Shown in pieces: positions 16,400 through 24,000 of a DNA stretch of 24,000 nt (its first letter is position 1; each line of letters begins with the position of its first letter). The DNA is taken from positions 5,315-29,314 of the forward strand of contig JALZUC010000051.1 of the NCBI GenBank assembly GCA_023301765.1, in the 5' to 3' direction. The notes under the pieces are model-generated. The model was not told the origin of the DNA. It saw nothing but the letters and a program-made list of their open reading frames with translations, and ran no database searches. A program made the translations under genes and the position numbers. The DNA comes from Akkermansiaceae bacterium. GTDB taxonomy: Bacteria; Verrucomicrobiota; Verrucomicrobiia; Verrucomicrobiales; Akkermansiaceae.

Positions 16400-16948
16400 T
16401 CAAGCTAGACGCTTAAGAAGCTCATCAAGGGGGAGGCCTACAACGTTATTGTAGTCTCCCCTTACTTCTTTCACGATCATCTCTCCATGATCTTGCACCG
16501 CATAAGAGCCCGCCTTATCCATAACATTGACCTCACTCATGTAGTCTGTGATCAGCTCAGATGTTAGGCTTTTAAACTCCACCTCCGTGATGACGTAAAA
16601 GCACTCGGAGACACCCCCTTTCACCAAACATACACCGGTACAGACCTGGTGCACTCGCCCAGAAAGCCGCATCAGCGTATCATGTGCCTCTTGCTGGCTC
16701 TTCGGCTTACCCAAAGGTGTCTCATCAATATAGACCAGCGTATCTGCCCCCACCACTAGGGCATCCGGGTGATCTTCAGAAACAGCCTCAGCCTTCAGCC
16801 TAGCATTCTCCTCGCAGAGTAAGTGCAGAGGCATATCCACATCATGAATTTCCTCCGCAGGAGATGGTATCACGGTGAACTCCACCCCTGCTCCAGCAAG
16901 CATTTCACGCCTCCTCGGTGAGCCAGATGCTAAGATAATCCTAGGCAT
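16400..16948 (-). CDS. maf: Maf-family nucleoside triphosphate pyrophosphatase
   Basis: 182-aa ORF: IILASGSPRRRE.L...G..F.V.PS..EE, VVGADT.V......LGKP....EA...L..LSG..H.V.TGV.L, AG.YA.Q, GDY.NVVGLP. Confidence 0.9.
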   Translation of the reverse strand: MPRIILASGSPRRREMLAGAGVEFTVIPSPAEEIHDVDMPLHLLCEENARLKAEAVSEDHPDALVVGADTLVYIDETPLGKPKSQQEAHDTLMRLSGRVHQVCTGVCLVKGGVSECFYVITEVEFKSLTSELITDYMSEVNVMDKAGSYAVQDHGEMIVKEVRGDYNNVVGLPLDELLKRLA

Positions 16949-16954
16949 AATAGA

Positions 16955-17770
16955 CTACGGCACGCGTGGGAACTTAGAGAAATCAGGCTGGCGCTTTTCT
17001 ACAAAAGCATTCTTACCTTCCTTACCCTCTTCGCTCATGTAATATAGCATGGTAGCATTACCAGCTAGATCTAACAGACCCATCTGACCATCACAGTCCG
17101 CATTCAGTGCTGACTTTAAACAGCGCAGAGCTATCGGCGAATGCTGGAGCATTTCACGGCACCACTGCACAGTTTCTTTTTCCAAATCTGCCAGAGGCAC
17201 TACGGTATTTACTAGTCCCATTTCCAATGCCTGCTGAGCATCATACTGACGGCACAGATACCAGATCTCACGTGCCTTTTTCTGCCCTACAATACGAGCA
17301 AGGTAACTGGAACCTAACCCACCATCAAAGGAGCCCACCTTAGGACCAGTCTGCCCAAAAATCGCATTATCAGCCGCAATACTAAGATCACAGACTACAT
17401 GAAGAACATGCCCACCACCAATCGCGTAGCCGGCCACCATCGCCACTACAGGCTTAGGCAAGTTTCTGATTTTACGTTGCACATCGAGGATATTCAAACG
17501 CGGCACACCATCACCCCCAATATACCCTGCGTGGCCACGCACTTTTTGATCTCCTCCAGAACAGAATGCCTTATCACCAGCTCCTGTGAGAATAATCACC
17601 CCCACTTCCGGATCCTCGTGAGCGAGATCTAGTGATATAAGAAGCTCTTTGGTAGTTTCAGGGCGAAATGCATTTCGGACTTCTGGACGATTGATCGTAA
17701 TCTTAGCGATATGTCCATCCTCGGTTTTCTCATAGAGAATATCTTCAAATTCGTGTGCTGATTTCCACAT
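16955..17770 (-). CDS. menB: 1,4-dihydroxy-2-naphthoyl-CoA synthase MenB
   Basis: 271-aa crotonase-fold ORF with MenB blocks ([92 protein letters not shown]). Confidence 0.93.
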   Translation of the reverse strand: MWKSAHEFEDILYEKTEDGHIAKITINRPEVRNAFRPETTKELLISLDLAHEDPEVGVIILTGAGDKAFCSGGDQKVRGHAGYIGGDGVPRLNILDVQRKIRNLPKPVVAMVAGYAIGGGHVLHVVCDLSIAADNAIFGQTGPKVGSFDGGLGSSYLARIVGQKKAREIWYLCRQYDAQQALEMGLVNTVVPLADLEKETVQWCREMLQHSPIALRCLKSALNADCDGQMGLLDLAGNATMLYYMSEEGKEGKNAFVEKRQPDFSKFPRVP

Positions 17771-17801
17771 AGCAAAAGTTTTAAGTTTTAGGTTTTAAGT
17801 T

Positions 17802-18512
17802 TCAAGTTGTTTCGAGAAAAGCACGCACTTCTTGGGAAAATTCATCTGGTTTCTCCCATGGCACGCGATGCCCGCATTCGGGCAGCGAAAGGTGCCTACC
17901 ATTTTGTAAATGAGGCACCGACTGTTTGGCAAGCGATGTGAATTTTCGATCTCTCTCACCGGTAACCCAGAGTACCGGAGCTGTGATTTCTGAGAGTCTC
18001 GGCGTGAGATCTTTCTGAACTCCTAGTGACCAGTCTACAAATGAACGCGCAACAGATGCCCGCCGATCTTTGAGCAGGCTCCTATCAGGCATACTCCCCC
18101 CATTTAACACAGCCTGCTCTTCCCACCCTGTGAGGAATTCCGCCCACGCCCCCTTTAACGCCTGTGCAGACCACTCAGCATCCCTCTTCCTACGTTCACT
18201 ACGGTCAGACTCACTACTAAGCCCCACGTGCGCTGAAATAATAATGGCAGCCTTCCACATATCAGGCTTCGCTAATAACGCATGCAGCGCAAGCCGCCCA
18301 CCCATGGAGTATCCTATGATCACAGGCTCCGGGTCAATACGTGCAATCTCGGTGGATAGAGTAACGCCAAATTTCTCCAACGGCATAGGGCAGCAGTCAA
18401 GAAATCGCCATAGATCTAGACGGCGAATTTCTTCACCGCTAGACCTGACAGATTCAGCAAATACTCGCCAATCCGCAGCACTGCCAACTGCACCGTGCAG
18501 GGCCCAGATCAT
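17802..18512 (-). CDS. menH: alpha/beta hydrolase, probable SHCHC synthase MenH
   Basis: 236-aa ORF with HG near the N-terminus (ALHGAVGSAADW), a nucleophile elbow GYSMGGRLAL, late GERD and CGH. It lies immediately upstream of menB. The function is assigned from fold plus context. Confidence 0.7.
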   Translation of the reverse strand: MIWALHGAVGSAADWRVFAESVRSSGEEIRRLDLWRFLDCCPMPLEKFGVTLSTEIARIDPEPVIIGYSMGGRLALHALLAKPDMWKAAIIISAHVGLSSESDRSERRKRDAEWSAQALKGAWAEFLTGWEEQAVLNGGSMPDRSLLKDRRASVARSFVDWSLGVQKDLTPRLSEITAPVLWVTGERDRKFTSLAKQSVPHLQNGRHLSLPECGHRVPWEKPDEFSQEVRAFLETT

Positions 18513-18530
18513 ATTTTTATTTTATGGTTG

Positions 18531-19022
18531 TTAGAGAGATTTCAAGCAGGCTTGAATCGCATCAAAATCAGGTAAATCCTTGGGATGATCTTGCACCTCA
18601 GCGTATTTCACAATGCCAGCCTTATCGATGACAAAGGCAGAGCGCTTAGGCACACCACCCATGATAAGATTTGCCTCAGGGAGAAAGGACTCATAAGCCA
18701 CTCCGTAGGCCTTAGCCACATCATGTTCATAATCACTAAGGAGAGTAATACCAATACCCTCTTTCTGAGCCCATGCCTCTTGTGCAAATGGGTTATCACC
18801 AGAGATACCTATCACCTTAGCATCCAGTGCATCATAAGCACTAATACCCTTAGTAATATCACAGAACTCCTCCGTGCATACACCCGTGAATGCCATAGGC
18901 ACAAAGAGAAGAACCAGGTTAGCCTCCCCTACAAGGCCGGATAGAGAGACGGTCTCTGGACCTTCTGCTGTTTTAGTAACGAGAGTGAAATCGGGGGCTT
19001 GATCGCCTACTTGAATGCTCAT
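18531..19022 (-). CDS. peroxiredoxin (AhpC/TSA-redoxin family, C-x4-C active site)
   Basis: 163-aa ORF with LLFVPMAFTGVCTEEFC (peroxidatic Cys plus a second Cys five residues on, as in BCP/AhpE-like Prx) and a following ISGDNPFAQEAWA block. Confidence 0.85.
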   Translation of the reverse strand: MSIQVGDQAPDFTLVTKTAEGPETVSLSGLVGEANLVLLFVPMAFTGVCTEEFCDITKGISAYDALDAKVIGISGDNPFAQEAWAQKEGIGITLLSDYEHDVAKAYGVAYESFLPEANLIMGGVPKRSAFVIDKAGIVKYAEVQDHPKDLPDFDAIQACLKSL

Positions 19023-19100
19023 AATCTAATATTGTTTTGTTGGTTAAGTAATTGTCGGGTGACGCGATTAATAAAGACCAGAATTACTTGATGGCAAGTA

Positions 19101-19943
19101 TCAACATCCATCATCTGCCTCTATCATAGCTTCACGTTTCGCCCGCATTCTTTGGAGGTGTTCAAGGCTTGGCACAGACGTCAACACACTTCTCCCTATT
19201 AACAACCCTGCTATAGCACCACCAAAGTGACATGCATGACTAAGCTTAAAAATATCAGCCACGCCATAATCCACCATGCTCTGACCAAGTCCAGAAAGCA
19301 CAGGGACACAGAGCTCCGGCTGCATCAGCCACAGTAACAACTCACAAAAAATCAGCCCCATGCCTAAGTTTTTCCCACTGACTGGTATAGGCCACATTTT
19401 CGACTCTGGTGAAAGTGTTGTAAGAGTAAGAAGCAGTGCATAACAAGCACCCGAGACCCCCACTAAACGAAGCTCCTGAAAACCATTCCTTATAAGAAAA
19501 AATGACGTCGCTGTATGTAACGCTCCTCCGGCTAGCAACCCCCAAAAAACAATCTTTACCCACTCACGGCATCCTAGAATACGTATCACCCTTCCACCCA
19601 GCAGCCACAGTATCAGCATATTCGCAATAAGGTGAAACCAGCCTCCATGTAGAAACCCATAACTAATTAACTGCCAAATTTTACCATCCTTCACACCGGA
19701 CCAGCTCAAACCAAAATGAATATAAAGTCCCCACACCCTCTCTACTCCGCCAAACATTTCCACCGTGCAATGAATGGTCACCATAAGTAAAACCAGCATC
19801 GTAACTATGCTCATCCCATAGTCCTTTACCCCCCCCTTGCCTGACCAAGGAAGTTTTTTGGCTAATTGAGGTATTTCCGAGGAAAGCATAATCGAGAGAG
19901 GAAAATAACTACTGCTACCATTCGGTACCCCCACCGATGACAA
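19101..19943 (-). CDS. rhomboid-family intramembrane serine protease
   Basis: 280-aa polytopic ORF with rhomboid signatures: FLHGGWFHLIANMLILW (the H.....N region), GVSGACYALL (GxSG catalytic Ser) and HFGGAIAGLL (catalytic His). The true start may be an internal Met. Confidence 0.8.
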   Translation of the reverse strand: MSSVGVPNGSSSYFPLSIMLSSEIPQLAKKLPWSGKGGVKDYGMSIVTMLVLLMVTIHCTVEMFGGVERVWGLYIHFGLSWSGVKDGKIWQLISYGFLHGGWFHLIANMLILWLLGGRVIRILGCREWVKIVFWGLLAGGALHTATSFFLIRNGFQELRLVGVSGACYALLLTLTTLSPESKMWPIPVSGKNLGMGLIFCELLLWLMQPELCVPVLSGLGQSMVDYGVADIFKLSHACHFGGAIAGLLIGRSVLTSVPSLEHLQRMRAKREAMIEADDGC

Positions 19944-20003
19944 CCCAAAGAATATTAATGCTTAATAATGAGCTTTCTTCTCATTACCGTTTCCAAAGAA
20001 AAA

Positions 20004-20564
20004 CTAGCGTGCACGCGGCTCTGCCTTCACCCTAGAGCCTGCCCCAGGTGACGTTACAAATGGCCCACCCTCAAGAGGGGCTGTTCCTGTAAATGCAACA
20101 TCAGGCATGTCACTTGGCTTTCCAGCTAGAGGAAATTCCTTACGCAATGGGTGAAATGGATAACCCTCCCACATAAGAATACGGCGTAAATCTGGATGAC
20201 CTGAAAAGCGGATCCCCATCATATCATAAACTTCGCGTTCATGCCAATCAGCCGTAGCCCATAAATCAGAAACAGTTGGAACCTCAACCCCTTCATCAAT
20301 AGCCAGCTTCACACGGAGATGTATAGAATCCTCCACAGTAGCTAGCTCATAGACCATTAAGAAACGAGGATCTTCACCCATATTATCAACGCTAGACGCA
20401 TCAACCATAAAGTTAAGTGCTAGATCTTCATGGCAAAACTCCATTACCTGTCGAAAGTCATCCAAGCTCACGGTAACGCTCTGTTCACCGCGAAACTCAA
20501 CACATGTTGCTGAGCTAAATTTTTCTAAGACTTTTTCTGCTGCTTGTTGAGCGGTCATAAACAT
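20004..20564 (-). CDS. nuoC: NADH-quinone oxidoreductase subunit C (NuoC/30-kDa family)
   Basis: 186-aa ORF with VPTVSDLWATADWHEREVYDMMGIRFSGHPDLRRILMWEGYPFHPLRKEFP, the canonical NuoC core. Confidence 0.9.
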   Translation of the reverse strand: MFMTAQQAAEKVLEKFSSATCVEFRGEQSVTVSLDDFRQVMEFCHEDLALNFMVDASSVDNMGEDPRFLMVYELATVEDSIHLRVKLAIDEGVEVPTVSDLWATADWHEREVYDMMGIRFSGHPDLRRILMWEGYPFHPLRKEFPLAGKPSDMPDVAFTGTAPLEGGPFVTSPGAGSRVKAEPRAR

Positions 20565-20584
20565 GATTATTCGAAACTTAAAAA

Positions 20585-21154
20585 TTAAACGACTGCAGTT
20601 TCCTCCTTCTGAGTCTGTGTCGGCCTCTCCATTTCCACCTTTTTCTGAAGCTTCAACAAACCCTCAATGAGAGCCTCAGGACGCGGCGGACAACCAGAAA
20701 TATAGACATCCACAGGGATAAGTTGATCAATACCCTGTAAAACTGCGTAACTTCGATACATACCACCACTAGAAGCACAAGCACCCATGGCGATACACCA
20801 CTTAGGCTCCGGCATCTGATCCCAGACACGCTTTACAGCCAGTGCCATTTTATAAGTCACTGTACCAGCGACAATCATCACATCACTCTGCCGTGGAGAA
20901 AAACGCATCACTTCTGCACCAAAACGTGAAATATCAAACCTAGATGAAGCTGTAGCCATCAGCTCAATCGCACAGCAAGCAAGCCCCATAGGCATTGGCC
21001 AAAGAGAGTTTTTTCTCATCCAATTAATCGCAGCATCCACTTGGGTGAATATAATATTACCCTCAACCTTGGAATCATAAGCAGCGTGGGTAAGCTCCGG
21101 CGTGGCTGTCTCCGCAGCATTCTGCGGACTCGTGTTATCTGTGGCAGTAACCAT
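20585..21154 (-). CDS. nuoB: NADH-quinone oxidoreductase subunit B (NuoB/PSST family)
   Basis: Ligands of the N2 Fe-S cluster are present ([24 protein letters not shown]). I prefer the ATG at 21154 (MVTATDN...) over the ORF-track GTG at 21193. Either start leaves a long non-conserved N-terminus. Confidence 0.9.
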   Translation of the reverse strand: MVTATDNTSPQNAAETATPELTHAAYDSKVEGNIIFTQVDAAINWMRKNSLWPMPMGLACCAIELMATASSRFDISRFGAEVMRFSPRQSDVMIVAGTVTYKMALAVKRVWDQMPEPKWCIAMGACASSGGMYRSYAVLQGIDQLIPVDVYISGCPPRPEALIEGLLKLQKKVEMERPTQTQKEETAVV

Positions 21155-21351
21155 GGCTAAATTGTGAAATGGTAAGCATTTCTCTACCCGCACCTTAACT
21201 AGCTAAATCACCTTCACAAGTCCTTTTCCCAGCATTTTCATCATTTCAAACACTCAAGCTACATAGCACCCACTCCATAAGCAGGTGTATTTTTTTGATT
21301 TTAGGCTTACCACGGCCTAGAATACTGTTTATATACACCTCATTAAATCCC

Positions 21352-23838
21352 ATGGATAAATTGAGTCTTTCATACCGTAGGCAGATCACATGCACAGGCC
21401 TTGCCTGCGCACTAGGCTTCTGCATGCCCCATATCACCGCACCACTAGCAGCACAAGAGTCCATCATTCAGAAGGAAATCAAACGCCGTGCTGCCAATGC
21501 TGTAAAAGCACATGAACTACTCAAAACTGGTGACACAGCTTATGAAAAACAAGATTACAAAGCTGCGGTAAAAGACTACTCACAAGCTTTCAGCCTACTG
21601 CCCACAAGTTCAAAAACTGAAGAGATCCGCGTCATCGCCGGTGTTCGCTATGCCACAGCAGCCACAGAGCTCGCTCGCAAACTTGCAAAAAATGGTGACT
21701 ATGAGGCAGCCCGCAATCTTCTAGACGCAGTAACCAAACCAGAAGTTGCCCCCACTCACCTTGGAGCACTTAAGCTCAGAGGCGAGATCGAAGATCCCAC
21801 GCGCTACAACCACGCTCTTACACCAGAACACGTCCGTGACATAACTAAAGTAGCTAGACATCTACGCGAGGCAGAAGGCTTTTTAAGCCTTGGCCAATAT
21901 GACCGTGCCACCACCCTCTACAGATCCGTTCTTAGTATTGATCCATACAACACAGCAGCCCGCCGCGGCATGGAAAAAGTCAGCACTGCTAAATCAGACT
22001 ACGCCAGAAGCGCACAAGATCAAACACGTGCTGAACTACTTGGCCGTGTAGATCAACAATGGGAACTCTCAGCTCACTCAGCTAGTAGCAACACTCCAGC
22101 CCTACCTCTAACTACCACTAATGACTTTGCCCCTGACATCCGCGATCGCCTTGCTGGAATCACCATAGATGTCGTTGACTTTCAAAACATCAGTATATCT
22201 GAAGCCATAGACTTCATCCGTATACAAAGCCGCCTCGGCGACACCCCCGGACCCGATGGTGAGCAGACAGGCATAAACATCATCCTCAATACTGGTGATG
22301 AGACCACCGATACAGCCAAGCGCATAGCCAATGCCAGAATTACGCTAAAACTCAGCAATGTCCCCCTATCAAAACTCATTGATTATGTTACAGATCAAAC
22401 TCACACCCAGTGGCGCACAGACGGTGTAGGAATCCTCATCACACCACTAGGTGCTACCGATGGTCTACTCGTTTCACGTTCATTCCGTGTGCCTCCCAAC
22501 TTTATCACAAGTGCATCTACTCAGCAGTCAGCAGACGCAGGTAATATTTTTGACTCTGCCTCTAACGACGGTGGCGGAGGTAAACTGCCTAGTAAAATAT
22601 CTATCACAGACTTCCTAACACAAAATGGCATCACCTTCCCAGATGGCGCAGCCGCTAACTATACACCATCAAATAACACTCTATTTGTTCGTAACACCGC
22701 TACGAATATTGATCTAGTGGATCAACTTGTTAGCCTCTCAGCTGATACAGAGCCTGTTCTAGTAAAGGTTCAGACTACTATTATGAGAGTCGCCGAGTCA
22801 AAAATCAAGGAGCTAGGTTTTGACTGGGCTATCAGCCCTATAAGCCTCAGTGGTAGCACACTACTCAGTGGCGGCACTCTAGGAAACGGACTAGGCATTG
22901 GACTAGACACCACTGGAGGTATAGGCTCTACAGAAACTGTAGACCCAGTAACCTCAGGTAACAGGAGCGGCTCCAGTACCAACAATGGCAATAATATAGA
23001 CGCCTTAATCAATGCCAGAAATACTGGGCAGGTCACCTCATCAACAGCAAGAGCACCCGGTATCCTTGCACTAACATATGTCGGTAGTGGCGTTCAGGTT
23101 CAGATGTTGATGCGAGGACTAAATCAGCAAACAGGCAGCGATGTCTTAGTGAATCCATCTGTTATCATGAGAAGTGGTGAACGCTCCAAGATAGATATCA
23201 TTCGTGAATTCACCTACCCTACAGAATACGAACCACCTGAACTGCCAAACACCACCACCACCACTACTTTTATAGATTTCACCACAGGTGAAACTGCGGT
23301 CTCTTCGCCCGGCACTGTAGTGACACCTGCCACACCCACCGCTTTCGAAACACGTAACGTAGGTGTAAGCCTGGAAGTAGAGCCTACTGTAGGCCCAAAT
23401 AAAAACTACATCGAGCTTTCCCTTAGCCCTGAATTTGTAGAATTCGATGGGTTTATTAACTACGGTAGCCCCATCAATGGAGCCTCTGCCACTAACGTAG
23501 CCGTTAACTTCGCCCTATTAGGCACAGGTAATGCATTTACTACAACAGGTGGAACATTTGGTGAAGTTACTGAAAATGCTATTCTAATGCCTGTGTTCAG
23601 CACCATTCGGATACCAAACTCCTCCCTCACCATTCAAGACGGTCACACAATCGTTCTCGGGGGAGTCACCACCACTAGCAAAAGAAAAGTAGAAGACAAA
23701 ATTCCTTTATTAGGTGACATCCCTTACCTAGGTCGTCTATTTCGCACTGAGGCCGAAGACACCTTTAGAGAGGCTATTATCATCTCTGTCAGTGTAGAAT
23801 TGATAGACCCTTCAGGCAAACCATGGCGTGACCGCTAA
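21352..23838 (+). CDS. outer-membrane secretin (type II/III secretion / PilQ-GspD family) with an N-terminal TPR-like region
   Basis: The C-terminal secretin signature is KIPLLGDIPYLGRLFRTEAEDTFREAIIISVSVELIDP. The N-terminus after ATG 21352 has a signal-like segment (TGLACALGFC...APLAAQE) followed by TPR-like helices (GDYEAARNLLDAV, GQYDRATTLYRSVLSIDPYNTAARRG). The ORF-track start at 21295 adds 19 unlikely residues. Confidence 0.8.
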   Translation: MDKLSLSYRRQITCTGLACALGFCMPHITAPLAAQESIIQKEIKRRAANAVKAHELLKTGDTAYEKQDYKAAVKDYSQAFSLLPTSSKTEEIRVIAGVRYATAATELARKLAKNGDYEAARNLLDAVTKPEVAPTHLGALKLRGEIEDPTRYNHALTPEHVRDITKVARHLREAEGFLSLGQYDRATTLYRSVLSIDPYNTAARRGMEKVSTAKSDYARSAQDQTRAELLGRVDQQWELSAHSASSNTPALPLTTTNDFAPDIRDRLAGITIDVVDFQNISISEAIDFIRIQSRLGDTPGPDGEQTGINIILNTGDETTDTAKRIANARITLKLSNVPLSKLIDYVTDQTHTQWRTDGVGILITPLGATDGLLVSRSFRVPPNFITSASTQQSADAGNIFDSASNDGGGGKLPSKISITDFLTQNGITFPDGAAANYTPSNNTLFVRNTATNIDLVDQLVSLSADTEPVLVKVQTTIMRVAESKIKELGFDWAISPISLSGSTLLSGGTLGNGLGIGLDTTGGIGSTETVDPVTSGNRSGSSTNNGNNIDALINARNTGQVTSSTARAPGILALTYVGSGVQVQMLMRGLNQQTGSDVLVNPSVIMRSGERSKIDIIREFTYPTEYEPPELPNTTTTTTFIDFTTGETAVSSPGTVVTPATPTAFETRNVGVSLEVEPTVGPNKNYIELSLSPEFVEFDGFINYGSPINGASATNVAVNFALLGTGNAFTTTGGTFGEVTENAILMPVFSTIRIPNSSLTIQDGHTIVLGGVTTTSKRKVEDKIPLLGDIPYLGRLFRTEAEDTFREAIIISVSVELIDPSGKPWRDR

Positions 23839-23906
23839 AGTAACCTTTATTAGGTTAGGCGAATGGTTAAAAATAAGGCAATAGTTGACATTAACAACCA
23901 AGTTAA

Positions 23907-24000
23907 ATGGCTACCGAACCTAAGAAATATAAACAAGACGGTCAAAACTACTCATTGGACGAAATGATGGACCGTCTCAGGTCTGATGAGCAAGAAAAGC
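23907..24000 (+). CDS. 5' end of a hypothetical gene downstream of the secretin (runs off the window)
   Basis: ATG at 23907 opens a frame (MATEPKKYKQDGQNYSLDEMMDRLRSDEQEK...) that is still open at 24000. It is too short to classify. Confidence 0.3.
   Translation, partial: MATEPKKYKQDGQNYSLDEMMDRLRSDEQEK

Noticed and set aside
18070-18944. Plus-strand ORFs 18070-18534 (154 aa) and 18585-18944 (119 aa) antisense to menH and the peroxiredoxin
   Set aside because: They lie mostly within convincingly conserved minus-strand genes (18070-18534 runs about 20 nt past the menH start). The Ser/Arg-rich translations have no family signatures.
21246-21467. 73-aa minus-strand ORF upstream of nuoB considered as a possible nuoA
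   Set aside because: It is too short and lacks the three transmembrane helices of NuoA. It also overlaps the secretin signal-peptide region on the opposite strand.
1-24000. Scan for CRISPR arrays, IS elements or transposases, integrases, phage genes, toxin-antitoxin pairs, rRNA or tRNA genes
   Set aside because: None found. All intergenic regions are at most about 180 nt, apart from the pseudogene locus at 9015-9415, and none holds repeat arrays or cloverleaf-capable sequence.

Overview
The window reads as a chromosomal, mostly housekeeping region. I saw no IS element, integrase, CRISPR array, rRNA or tRNA. Gene content and style suggest a PVC-type (Verrucomicrobiota-like) bacterium: a TPR-fronted secretin, A-rich leaders without Shine-Dalgarno sequences, FabV, and an OlsF-like lipid gene. 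That taxonomic call is inference only. About 30 genes are supportable. They include nadA, an alpha/beta hydrolase, aroB, pheS, hslO (Hsp33), hsp20, rplT, rpmI, asnS, fabV, tlyA, maf, menB, menH, a peroxiredoxin, a rhomboid protease, nuoC, nuoB and a large secretin. The strongest finding is at 7072-7575. Two ORFs listed separately share one frame and are split only by TGA 7270-7272. That TGA falls on the first Cys of a thioredoxin-type CxxC motif (IPG-U-GGC), and a 7-bp hairpin with an AGGU loop starts 18 nt downstream. This fits an unannotated selenoprotein with a bacterial SECIS element. The second finding is a tightly packed minus-strand operon at 10760-13813. It encodes a DinB-like protein, a TANGO2/NRDE-family protein and a 595-aa bifunctional acyltransferase of OlsF-like architecture, which suggests an uncharacterised aminolipid module. 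Lesser observations:
- a structured 150-nt rpmI-rplT spacer
- a chaperone pair with its own terminators between rplT and pheS
- a full-length four-helix-bundle gene broken by two in-frame stops
- an isolated nuoB-nuoC pair without nuoA or nuoD
- a divergent pair of exported proteins of unknown function
All coordinates were derived by hand and may be off by 1-2 nt.
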